This document shows positions 39,276 to 48,142 of a stretch of DNA of 64,000 nt, one piece after another (position 1 is the stretch's first letter; every line of letters begins with the position of its first letter). The translations under genes and the position numbers were made by a program. Below the pieces are notes generated by a model. The model was not told the DNA's origin. It did no database searches and was given only the letters and a program-made list of their open reading frames with translations. The stretch comes from an uncultured bacterium (GTDB lineage Bacteria; Omnitrophota; Omnitrophia; Omnitrophales; Abzuiibacteriaceae): positions 160,001 through 224,000 of the forward strand of contig CAYLXA010000003.1 in NCBI GenBank assembly GCA_964387845.1, written 5' to 3'.

Positions 39276-39644
39276 TTACGAGATCGGTGGCTCTTGGAAC
39301 ATGTGTGTTCCGCCTTCCGGGAGTTTGACGTCGAGCGACGAAAACGGGAAAGTCGCCAAATGAATGAAGCCGCCGGCCGTATCCGCAAGTCCGTACCACA
39401 ATCCAACCACGGCACCTTCAATGATGTTTTTGCCGTTCATTCCGGCGGTGTAAGGATGGTAAATCAATTCCGACCAGCCGAGCAGAGCATTTTTCGCGCC
39501 GAAGCCGAGTTTTCCGATAATACGTTCTGCACGGGTTTCTCTTTCGGTCCAATGGCTGGCTTCATATCTTCCGAGCTCTTCCGCGAACAAAGGAGCGCTT
39601 AACAGCATCAAGCTTACCGTTAAAATAGTAATTTTTTGTAACAC
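39276..39644 (-). CDS. Small secreted protein, paralogue A (possibly exosortase-system-associated TIGR04073-like family)
   Basis: Signal peptide, then a conserved core shared with 40621-40989: KLGFG…LGWSEL…P…G……GLADTAGGF…ATFP…LPEGG. Confidence 0.5.
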   Translation of the reverse strand: MLQKITILTVSLMLLSAPLFAEELGRYEASHWTERETRAERIIGKLGFGAKNALLGWSELIYHPYTAGMNGKNIIEGAVVGLWYGLADTAGGFIHLATFPFSSLDVKLPEGGTHMFQEPPIS

Positions 39645-39739
39645 ATTGGCCTCCTGGCTTTGATGCTACTAATATCGGCTCCGGCGGAAATTTTCTTCTC
39701 CAGAATTTTCAGAAAAATAGGTATACTACCCCTTAAATC

Positions 39740-40624
39740 ATGCGCCTCAGTGAACTCTACAGATCCAAAAGAATCGATGTTTCCATCGAGCTTTTTCCTC
39801 CCAGAACAGAAGAAGCATCCAAAGACATGTTTCAGGCTGTTCAAGATTTGAGACAGTTTGACCCTGCATTTTTTTCCATGACCTACGGCGCTTCAGGCTC
39901 GACACGCGACCTGACGCTCGGATTGGTTGACAGACTTAAAAACGAAGTCGGCGTCGAAACCATGTGTCATTTGACAGTGGTAGGCCAATCCAAGACTGAA
40001 ATCCAGTCGGTGCTTAAATTCCTGAAAGAGAAGGGAATCTACAACATTATTGCGCTTCGCGGCGATCCGCCGAAAGATACGAAAGAATTTAAGCCGCATC
40101 CGGACGGTTTTCGTTATGCCATAGAGCTTGTGAAGGAAGCTAAAAAGGAAAATTGTTTTTCCATTGCAGTCGCCGGATTCCCGGAAATGCATCCGGATTC
40201 TCTAAATCGCGATTCTGACATTCAACATTTAAAACAAAAAGTAGATGCCGGAGCCGACGTTATAATTACCCAACTTTTCTTTGATAATCATTATTTCTTT
40301 GAATATTTGGAATATGTCCGTAAGGCGGGCATTAATGTCCCCGTGATTCCGGGAATTTTGCCGATTCTTTCCGCTCAGCAGGTCCGCCGTTTTACGGCGC
40401 TGTGTAAATCCAAAATTCCGCCGGATGTGGACCGCGAGCTTCATAAATATGAAAATGATGCGGAATCGTGCGCGAAATACGGAATCGAATTGGCAAGCCG
40501 GCAATGCGAGGGGCTGATCAGGGCCGGGGTGCCGGGCCTTCATTTTTATTGTTTGAATCGGTCGAAATCGGTCAAAACAGTTTTAGAACAGTTGAAATTG
40601 AAAGACAGGACAAGAGCAGTTTAA
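39740..40624 (+). CDS. metF: 5,10-methylenetetrahydrofolate reductase
   Basis: …SIELFPPRTEEA…FSMTYGASGSTRD…; 294 aa. Confidence 0.85.
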   Translation: MRLSELYRSKRIDVSIELFPPRTEEASKDMFQAVQDLRQFDPAFFSMTYGASGSTRDLTLGLVDRLKNEVGVETMCHLTVVGQSKTEIQSVLKFLKEKGIYNIIALRGDPPKDTKEFKPHPDGFRYAIELVKEAKKENCFSIAVAGFPEMHPDSLNRDSDIQHLKQKVDAGADVIITQLFFDNHYFFEYLEYVRKAGINVPVIPGILPILSAQQVRRFTALCKSKIPPDVDRELHKYENDAESCAKYGIELASRQCEGLIRAGVPGLHFYCLNRSKSVKTVLEQLKLKDRTRAV

Positions 40625-40989
40625 AATTCGTGATGTTCGATGCCGCCCTCGGGAAGCGGAATCGAAAGAACGGTGACGGGGAAAGTAACGGCGTTTAAGA
40701 ATCCGCCGGCCGTATCGGCGAAACCGAACAATATGCCTTTTCCGATTCCGAGTAAAATGTTTTCATCGGTCATGAATGATTCGTACGGCTCGGTTGCAAG
40801 CTCGGTCCATCCGAGAAAAAAATTCCAGACGCCGAAGTTAAGTTTTCCGAACACGCGGTCAATATAGAGCTTTTCTTTTTTCCATTCGGATGGGCGGTAA
40901 TCAGTTTCTTCGGCGGCTAGGACCGGTGAAGCAATAAGCAGCGCGATAAACACAAAAGCAGCGGATAATTTCAAGATTTTGGCTGACAT
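40621..40989 (-). CDS. Small secreted protein, paralogue B of 39276-39644
   Basis: Start set at MSAKILKLSAAFVFIALLIASPVLAAEE (signal peptide). Core KLNFG…LGWTEL…P…GFADTAGGF…VTFP…LPEGG. Its stop overlaps the metF stop convergently. Confidence 0.5.
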   Translation of the reverse strand: MSAKILKLSAAFVFIALLIASPVLAAEETDYRPSEWKKEKLYIDRVFGKLNFGVWNFFLGWTELATEPYESFMTDENILLGIGKGILFGFADTAGGFLNAVTFPVTVLSIPLPEGGIEHHEF

Positions 40990-41010
40990 GGGTGCTATTA
41001 TAACGCAAGC

Positions 41011-42504
41011 TTGAGCAAAGTCATGGAAAAATATATCCTCGCACTTGATTTGGGAACGACCGGCAACCGGGCGATTCTTTTTGATAAAAATCAAAGAGTC
41101 GTTCACAAAGCCTACCGCGAATTTACCCAATATTTTCCAAAGCCGGGCTGGGTTGAGCATGATCCCGAAGAAATTTGGCGTTCAACGCTGGGCGTTATGA
41201 AGCAGGTGTTATCCCGCATTAATTCCTCTCAAATTGCTGCGATTGGAATCACCAATCAGCGCGAAACCGCGGTCGTTTGGAATAAAAAAACCGGCAAACC
41301 CGTCATGAATGCGATTGTCTGGCAATGCCGCAGAACGCAGTCCGAGTGCGATGCGCTCAGAAAGCGCGGGCTTTCGAAATTGATTAAATCACGAAGCGGC
41401 CTCACGATCGATCCGTATTTTTCCGCATCAAAAGTGAAATGGATTTTGGATCATGTCAAAAGCGCAAAAGCGCGCGCCAAACGCGGCGAACTTTTGTTTG
41501 GAACCGTTGATTCGTGGATCATTTGGAAATTGACCGGCGGAAAAGTGCACGCGACGGATTATTCAAATGCTTCGCGGACCATGCTTCTCAATATTAAAAC
41601 GCTGAAATGGGACAAAAAGCTTTGCGCCATATTCGGTGTTCCGGTCAAAATGCTTCCGAAATTGGCTGATTCGAGCGGTTTAATCGGAAAAACATCAAGC
41701 CGCGTGCTCGGCCGTGAAATCCCGATTACGGGTGTTGCCGGCGACCAGCAGGCGGCAATGTTCGCGCAAGGCTGTTTTATGCCCGGTATCGTCAAAAATA
41801 CTTACGGAACGGGGCTTTTTCTTCAAGTCAACACGAAGAAAAAAATTCCGGTTTCGAAAAATCTTCTCAATACCATTGCATGGAAAATCGGAAAAGAAGT
41901 CGACTACGCACTCGAAGGCAGTATTTTTATCGGCGGCGCGGCGCTTCAATGGCTGCGTGACGGGCTTCAAATCATTAAGAAGGCAAGTGACGCCGATAAA
42001 ATGGCTGAGGCACTCAAAGAAAACGACGGCATTTATTTTGTGCCCGCATTGGTCGGGCTGGGTGCGCCCTATTGGGATTCTTCGGCAAGAGGTGTTATCA
42101 TTGGTATTACGCGCGGCACGCGGCGGGAGCATATTGCGCGCGCGGCGCTTGAATCGATTGCTTATCAAACGAAAGACGTTATTATCGCAATGGAGCGTGA
42201 TTTGAAGAAATCGATCAAAAAACTGCAAGTTGACGGCGGCGCTGCGGCGAGTAATTTTTTAATGCAGTTTCAAAGCGATATTTTGAACTGTCAAGTTGAA
42301 CGACCTTCGGTGTTGGAAACAACAGCGCTCGGAGCAGCCGGGCTTGCGGGAATAGCGGTTCATTTCTGGAAAAATAGAAACGAATTTATCCGGAAGAGGT
42401 CGGTTGACCGCGTGTTTCATCCGAAGATGAATTCCGGAACACGAAATCATCTTTATTCACAATGGAAAATAGCAGTGGAACGTTCAAAAAGGTGGGCTTT
42501 ATAA
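41011..42504 (+). CDS. glpK: Glycerol kinase
   Basis: ALDLGTTGNRAILF, FGTVDSW and GDQQAAMFAQ motifs of the FGGY kinase family. Confidence 0.9.
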   Translation: MSKVMEKYILALDLGTTGNRAILFDKNQRVVHKAYREFTQYFPKPGWVEHDPEEIWRSTLGVMKQVLSRINSSQIAAIGITNQRETAVVWNKKTGKPVMNAIVWQCRRTQSECDALRKRGLSKLIKSRSGLTIDPYFSASKVKWILDHVKSAKARAKRGELLFGTVDSWIIWKLTGGKVHATDYSNASRTMLLNIKTLKWDKKLCAIFGVPVKMLPKLADSSGLIGKTSSRVLGREIPITGVAGDQQAAMFAQGCFMPGIVKNTYGTGLFLQVNTKKKIPVSKNLLNTIAWKIGKEVDYALEGSIFIGGAALQWLRDGLQIIKKASDADKMAEALKENDGIYFVPALVGLGAPYWDSSARGVIIGITRGTRREHIARAALESIAYQTKDVIIAMERDLKKSIKKLQVDGGAAASNFLMQFQSDILNCQVERPSVLETTALGAAGLAGIAVHFWKNRNEFIRKRSVDRVFHPKMNSGTRNHLYSQWKIAVERSKRWAL

Positions 42505-42505
42505 A

Positions 42506-42769
42506 ATGACAGCACCGAAAGTAGTTGTTTATACGAAAAAACATTGCCCTTATTGCGAAGCAGCGAAGCGGCTGCTTGCCGAAAAAAAAGTTCAGTTTCA
42601 GGAGATTAGTATCGAAGGTAATGAGAAATTACGAAACGAAATTGCCGCAAAATCCGGCCAGCAGACTGTCCCGCAAATTTTTGTAAATGAAAAACCTCTA
42701 GGCGGCTTCCAGGATATTTCCGAACTCGATCAACGCGGCGAATTGGATAAAATTTTGGGTACCAAATAA
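42506..42769 (+). CDS. Glutaredoxin (Grx3-like)
   Basis: CPYC active site, TVPQIF, GGFQD. Confidence 0.85.
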   Translation: MTAPKVVVYTKKHCPYCEAAKRLLAEKKVQFQEISIEGNEKLRNEIAAKSGQQTVPQIFVNEKPLGGFQDISELDQRGELDKILGTK

Positions 42770-42771
42770 TC

Positions 42772-43887
42772 ATGGATCCTAATTCAACATTAAAATCACT
42801 TCTGGATTTTATGCTCCATGAAAAAGGAAGCGACCTTTATTTAAAATCAAGCGCACCGCCGTATTACCGCGCGGCGCATGAGCTCAAAAAGTTCCCCTAT
42901 CCGAACGATGCGGCGATTTCTATAGATCAAATGAACAAAATCGCACAGCATTTGATGAAGCCGCATCATCAGGAGCTTCTTGAGCGCGAAAGAAGCGTTG
43001 ATTTATCGTTCCGCATCGAAGGCCACGGCCGTTTGCGTGCCAATTTATTTTATCAGCAGGGCGAGTTATCATGCGTAATCCGGATTGCCTGGACGCAGAT
43101 TCCGAGCTTTGAAGAATTGAAACTTCCGAAAATTCTCAAAAAGTCGGCACTTTCAGACCGCGGATTAGTGATTATTTCAGGCGCCGTATCATCCGGGAAA
43201 AGCACTACGGCAAATTGTTTGATCGACATCATTAATCAAAATGTCGAAAAACACATCGTGACGATCGAAGATCCGCTTGAATTTATTCATCAGGATAAAA
43301 AATCCCTGATGAACCAGCGCGAAATTGGTCAAGACACGCCCAATTTTGTGAACGCGCTCCGATATGCTGTCAGGCAGGCGCCGGACGTTATTTTTATCGG
43401 TGAAATGCGGGATTCCGAAACATTCTTGAGCGCGCTTGCAGCCGCCGAAATCGGCCGGCTTGTGATTACGACAGTTCATGCGCGAAGTGCCATGCATACG
43501 TTTGAACGTTTGGTGAGTTTTTTCCCGCCTGAGGCCCGCATCCGGATCTTGACGGAAATTTCCTACAATCTGAATATTATTTCCTGCCAGCGCCTGGTAC
43601 CGCTTAAAACCGGGAAAGGCTACGCACCGGCGTTCGAAATTTTAGCCAACAACAACATCGTGGCGGATCTTGTCAGACAACAACGCTTTGATAAATTACA
43701 GCAAGTCATGCAAAACGGCGCATCCGAAGGCATGCAGACCATGAATCAATCGCTCATTCAATTGAAAGAGCAGGGCCTCATTTCCGAACTTGAAATGTTC
43801 CGCGCATCCGACAAGCCGCAGGAGCTTTCGATGAATATGCGCGGCATCGAATTCGGCGGCGGAGGCGGCAAGATCATAGGCGATTAA
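42772..43887 (+). CDS. pilT: PilT-family type IV pilus retraction / twitching-motility ATPase
   Basis: Walker A GAVSSGKST, Asp box, Walker B, and His box (TVHAR). Confidence 0.75.
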   Translation: MDPNSTLKSLLDFMLHEKGSDLYLKSSAPPYYRAAHELKKFPYPNDAAISIDQMNKIAQHLMKPHHQELLERERSVDLSFRIEGHGRLRANLFYQQGELSCVIRIAWTQIPSFEELKLPKILKKSALSDRGLVIISGAVSSGKSTTANCLIDIINQNVEKHIVTIEDPLEFIHQDKKSLMNQREIGQDTPNFVNALRYAVRQAPDVIFIGEMRDSETFLSALAAAEIGRLVITTVHARSAMHTFERLVSFFPPEARIRILTEISYNLNIISCQRLVPLKTGKGYAPAFEILANNNIVADLVRQQRFDKLQQVMQNGASEGMQTMNQSLIQLKEQGLISELEMFRASDKPQELSMNMRGIEFGGGGGKIIGD

Positions 43888-43888
43888 C

Positions 43889-44506
43889 ATGCAGTTTGAT
43901 CTATTTAACCGGACACAGAATCAAATTCTAGACGCAGAATCCTACCCCGAATTTAAAAAGCTCCTAATCGATTCTAAATGCACGAAATGCCAGTTGTGTG
44001 GTGGCCGCAAGAATATTGTTGTCGACCGCGGCAATTCCGATACAAAAATCATGCTGATCGGCGAAGCGCCCGGTGAAAATGAGGATTTGCAGGGGAAGGC
44101 ATTTGTCGGCCGAGCGGGCAGGCTCATGGATCAATTGATGCTTGAAGTTGGCATTGATACCAATCAAGACACACTAATCGCAAACATTGTCAAATGCCGT
44201 CCGCCGGAAAACCGGGCGCCGAAGCAAGACGAAGTGGATCAATGCAAGCCGTTTCTGCTCAAACAAATTCAGCTTGTGAATCCGAAAATCATCGTGCTTT
44301 TGGGCGCAACTGCTCTGAAGCACTTGATTCCTGAGAAAGCCAAAGCGGCGATGAGCTCTGAGGTCGGAAACGCCTTTACGCATCAGGATTTTCCGGGTAT
44401 TCAATTGATGGTTCTTTATCATCCTGCATATATCTTGCGCGATCCGCGCAAAAAGCCGCTCATGCAGGAACATCTCAAAAAATTGAAGCGGTTAATCTCA
44501 AAATAA
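43889..44506 (+). CDS. Uracil-DNA glycosylase, family 4
   Basis: C-x2-C…GEAPG motif (KCTKCQLCGG…LIGEAPGENED) and the HPAYILR C-terminal motif. Confidence 0.8.
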   Translation: MQFDLFNRTQNQILDAESYPEFKKLLIDSKCTKCQLCGGRKNIVVDRGNSDTKIMLIGEAPGENEDLQGKAFVGRAGRLMDQLMLEVGIDTNQDTLIANIVKCRPPENRAPKQDEVDQCKPFLLKQIQLVNPKIIVLLGATALKHLIPEKAKAAMSSEVGNAFTHQDFPGIQLMVLYHPAYILRDPRKKPLMQEHLKKLKRLISK

Positions 44507-44595
44507 ATTTGTCCTAGACGCTTTCATCTTTCGAGGATAAAATTTGAGCCTGTTTTGATCAATCCTCATTTTAATCAGTTAACCGCGAGGTTTTC

Positions 44596-45552
44596 ATGAA
44601 AATTTATTCAGATATCACCAAAACCATCGGCAATACACCGCTTGTGCGCCTAAACCGGGTTACAAAAGGCTGCAGCGCGGAAATTGTTGCCAAATTGGAG
44701 TTTTTCAACCCGATGGCGAGCGTCAAAGACCGGATCGGCGTTAATATGATTGAAGATGCGGAAAAAAAGGGTGTTTTAAAGCCCGGCGCGACCGTGATTG
44801 AACCTACGAGCGGTAATACGGGAATTGCGCTTGCGTTTGTTTGTGCCGCAAAGGGTTATAAATTGATTCTGACAATGCCCGAAACCATGAGCATTGAACG
44901 CAGAATGCTTTTGACGCTTCTCGGTGCGGAAGTTGTACTGACAAAAGGCGAAGAAGGCATGCGCGGCGCGATTAAAAAGGCCGAAGAGTTGGTTGCATCA
45001 ACACCCGGTTCATTTATGCCGCAGCAATTTAAAAATCCCGCCAATGTTGAAATCCACCGGAAATCCACCGCGGAAGAAATCTGGCGCGATACGGACGGTA
45101 AAGTCGATATTTTAATTTCAGGTGTCGGAACCGGCGGAACTATTACAGGCGTTTCTGAAGTCATCAAAACTAAAAAATCGAGCTTTAAAGCCATCGCAGT
45201 TGAACCGAAAGATTCGCCGGTGCTTTCAGGCGGAAAGCCGGGCCCGCATAAAATTCAGGGAATTGGCGCCGGGTTTATTCCGGATATTCTCAATACGAAA
45301 ATTATTGATGAAATTATCCAAGTATCAAATGAAGAGTCGCTTGAATGGGCACGCCGGCTTGCAAAAGAAGAAGGCCTTCTCGTCGGAATTTCTTCGGGCG
45401 CTGCTGTTTCTGCCGCAGTTCAGGTCGGGAAACGGCCCGAAAATAAAGGCAAGTTGATTGTCGTCATCATTCCAAGTTTCGGCGAGCGCTATTTGAGCAC
45501 GGCACTTACGGAAGGCGTTCGTGATATTGCAACCGCACAAGCCGCCCGGTGA
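44596..45552 (+). CDS. cysK: Cysteine synthase A (O-acetylserine sulfhydrylase)
   Basis: [12 protein letters not shown]-terminus, PLP Lys motif (SVKDRIG), GTGGT. Confidence 0.9.
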   Translation: MKIYSDITKTIGNTPLVRLNRVTKGCSAEIVAKLEFFNPMASVKDRIGVNMIEDAEKKGVLKPGATVIEPTSGNTGIALAFVCAAKGYKLILTMPETMSIERRMLLTLLGAEVVLTKGEEGMRGAIKKAEELVASTPGSFMPQQFKNPANVEIHRKSTAEEIWRDTDGKVDILISGVGTGGTITGVSEVIKTKKSSFKAIAVEPKDSPVLSGGKPGPHKIQGIGAGFIPDILNTKIIDEIIQVSNEESLEWARRLAKEEGLLVGISSGAAVSAAVQVGKRPENKGKLIVVIIPSFGERYLSTALTEGVRDIATAQAAR

Positions 45553-47081
45553 CCGATCGATTTAAATTAGCAGCCGGTTTTGGTTTGTTGGTTGCCGTTT
45601 TACTGCTTTTTTTCTGCCTTTCACGCGACTTCGTATCCGCTTCGGAATCTTCATTCCGGTTAAGCAGCGCTACTTTCTTAATTTTCAGAATCACAATCGC
45701 ACTTTTCTGCATATTTTTGCTCGTCTCACAGAATGTTTCTTTCTCCAAATATATCCCGGGCGCTGTTTTATTTCTTTTTGTGCTGATGTTCTTAGAAAAG
45801 TGGACTCAGCATATGAGCTTCAATACGCATTCCCATGATGTGGGGCTTTTTCACAGCGCGCTCTGGAATTCGTTGCACGGAAATTGGCTGCTTGATTCGG
45901 TACGAGGCCAGTTTTATCTGGCAGACCATTTGATTTTCTTTTTGTATTTTCTCATCCCGTTTTATTGGATTTACTCGGGCCCTGAAACTTTGTATTTTTT
46001 ATCAGCCGTTGCGTTTGCATTTAGTGCATTCTTCATTTTCAAACTTGCAAAAGAGCGCTTGAAGAATGAGCTCGCGGCCTTTTTAATTTTCACCGCTTTT
46101 GCGAGCAACCGTTACATTTGGGGCGCTTTTCTGCATGAATTTCATCCGGATTTTTTTGCGCCGCTGTTTTTGTTTATACTGTTTTTTTCTTTCTATCAGA
46201 AAAAATTTTTCCCGTTCTTTCTGTCGTTTGTCTGCATTTTAATTTTGAAAGAAGATTACGCGCTCTATTTAATCCCGGCTGGAATTTATTTTTTTATCCA
46301 AAAAGAAGGAAAACCGACCGGCCTTGCTGTGATTTTAATCAGCGTGGTTTATTTCGGAGCGGCTTATTTCTGGATACTGCCGCACATGCAGAAAATTTCA
46401 GGGATAACTTCGGGTTACACATACGTTAACTCGTGGTCTCATTTGGGTTCCGGGCCTTTTGATATTGTTAGAAATTTGGTTTTAAATCCGGCGGCTTTTC
46501 TTTCTTCAATTTCTTACAAAACAATCTTTACTTTTTTCACCAAGTTCATTTTCTTGCCCTTTTTAAGCCCCGCAAGCCTTCTATTTCTACTTCCGCCGAT
46601 TTTTTTATATACATCTGCCCAGTTTGAGCTGATCCGAGGCCTGAGCGTGCATTACGGTCTGATTCCGGCGGCGTTTGGATTCATTGCTGTGATTGAGGCT
46701 GTGAGAAATCTGGAGAAGATGAAAATACCGAAAAATCTGACTCCCATTCTGATTTCCATTTTATGTGTTGTCGGTCTTTTCCGATTCACTTTCTTCATCC
46801 CAATGCCGGAGTCGGGAGAGCTTAAAATGCGCCAAGACGGGTTCATGAAAAAAAGGCCGATTTGTGTCCAGTCATCCCTTTTCCCGCATTTAGTTCCTGA
46901 CGGCTCATTTTCCATTTTTCCGGAATGTTCCGCAGGAGATAAATACTTACTTTTATTTGCAAAGGCCGAAACCTACCCGTTTTCAAAACCGGAGTTTCAG
47001 AAACGTTTGTCTGAAATTATTGCAAGCGACAAGTGGCAACTTAAAGAGAATTCCGGCGGAGTCATGCTGTTTGAAAAGTGA
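45549..47081 (+). CDS. DUF2079-like polytopic membrane protein (putative GT-C-type glycosyltransferase)
   Basis: 510 aa with at least 10 TM helices. Early conserved block …[21 protein letters not shown]…. GTG start overlapping the cysK stop. Confidence 0.4.
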   Translation: MTDRFKLAAGFGLLVAVLLLFFCLSRDFVSASESSFRLSSATFLIFRITIALFCIFLLVSQNVSFSKYIPGAVLFLFVLMFLEKWTQHMSFNTHSHDVGLFHSALWNSLHGNWLLDSVRGQFYLADHLIFFLYFLIPFYWIYSGPETLYFLSAVAFAFSAFFIFKLAKERLKNELAAFLIFTAFASNRYIWGAFLHEFHPDFFAPLFLFILFFSFYQKKFFPFFLSFVCILILKEDYALYLIPAGIYFFIQKEGKPTGLAVILISVVYFGAAYFWILPHMQKISGITSGYTYVNSWSHLGSGPFDIVRNLVLNPAAFLSSISYKTIFTFFTKFIFLPFLSPASLLFLLPPIFLYTSAQFELIRGLSVHYGLIPAAFGFIAVIEAVRNLEKMKIPKNLTPILISILCVVGLFRFTFFIPMPESGELKMRQDGFMKKRPICVQSSLFPHLVPDGSFSIFPECSAGDKYLLLFAKAETYPFSKPEFQKRLSEIIASDKWQLKENSGGVMLFEK

Positions 47082-47149
47082 GTTCGCAATTAAATATATC
47101 TATGATATGATCACTGCTTATAAATAGAGTTTTCAAATCAAGGAAAGTT

Positions 47150-48136
47150 ATGCCTAATTTTTGGAGCAATGCAAAAGTTTTAGTAACGGGCGCGCATGGT
47201 TTTACGGGGTCTCACCTGTGTCATGAGCTTGTGGCACAAGGTGCTCAGGTAAAAGCGTTTGTGAAGAACGGTGGCATGATCGCAAACCTTGCCGATATCC
47301 GCGATAAAATCACGATCTATTCGGGTGACGTTACGGATATTACAAGCCTTTTCACCTCAATGGAGGGCGTCGACTACGTATTTAATGCCGCCGCCATTGT
47401 TCCCGTTATCGAAGCCCGTCAGTCTCCGCAAGCCTGTCTTCAAGTGAATACCATCGGTGCCTACAACGTTGCTTATGCTGCGATGAAATCGGGTATTAAA
47501 AAAATGCTTCACGTAAGCACCTGTCATATTTACGGATTTAGTTCAGCCGACGAGCTTCCGATCAAAGAAACCCTGGTTCCTCGCCCAAGAGACGTTTATG
47601 CAGCATCAAAATATGCCGCAGAGATTTGTTTAAAAACACTGGTTGATGAAGGTTTTCCCATTACTTTTACCCGGGCGTTTGCGATGTATGGCCCCGGCCA
47701 ACGGGAACAGTTGTTTATTCCGAGAGTAATTGCCCATTTGCTTAGAGGAGAAGCGCCCAAGCTTGGCAATTCTCACCCGACACGCGACTACTGCTTTATC
47801 AAAGACACGGTTAGAGGTTATTTACTTGCGCTTGAAAAGGGAAAGCCGGGCGAAGTTTATCATTTGAGTTCCGGGAAAGAAGTTGTCATGAAAGATTTGT
47901 ATGATCTAATTGCAAAGCTATTGGGAAGTAATTTAAAAGCCACCTGGAATATGGATCCTAGGCCGCACGAAATTGACAGGCTTTGCGGAAATTCAGACAA
48001 AGCCCGTTCTGCATTCAACTGGAAGCCCGAAGTGAGTTTTGAAGAGGGCCTTAAAATTACGATTGAATGGTGGAAAAGCCATCCGGAATTATGGAAGCCC
48101 GGTTCCGGCCACCCTGTTGCGCCTTTAGCAAGATAA
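47150..48136 (+). CDS. NAD-dependent sugar-nucleotide epimerase/dehydratase (extended SDR)
   Basis: VLVTGAHGFTGSHL Rossmann motif and YAASKYAAE catalytic YxxxK. Confidence 0.75.
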   Translation: MPNFWSNAKVLVTGAHGFTGSHLCHELVAQGAQVKAFVKNGGMIANLADIRDKITIYSGDVTDITSLFTSMEGVDYVFNAAAIVPVIEARQSPQACLQVNTIGAYNVAYAAMKSGIKKMLHVSTCHIYGFSSADELPIKETLVPRPRDVYAASKYAAEICLKTLVDEGFPITFTRAFAMYGPGQREQLFIPRVIAHLLRGEAPKLGNSHPTRDYCFIKDTVRGYLLALEKGKPGEVYHLSSGKEVVMKDLYDLIAKLLGSNLKATWNMDPRPHEIDRLCGNSDKARSAFNWKPEVSFEEGLKITIEWWKSHPELWKPGSGHPVAPLAR

Positions 48137-48142
48137 AAAATC

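Noticed and set aside
41695-42228. Overlapping 163/177-aa ORFs on both strands inside glpK
   Set aside because: glpK has unmistakable FGGY-kinase motifs across this region. The alternative frames are Arg/Ser-rich, which is typical of out-of-frame translation of a GC-richer gene.
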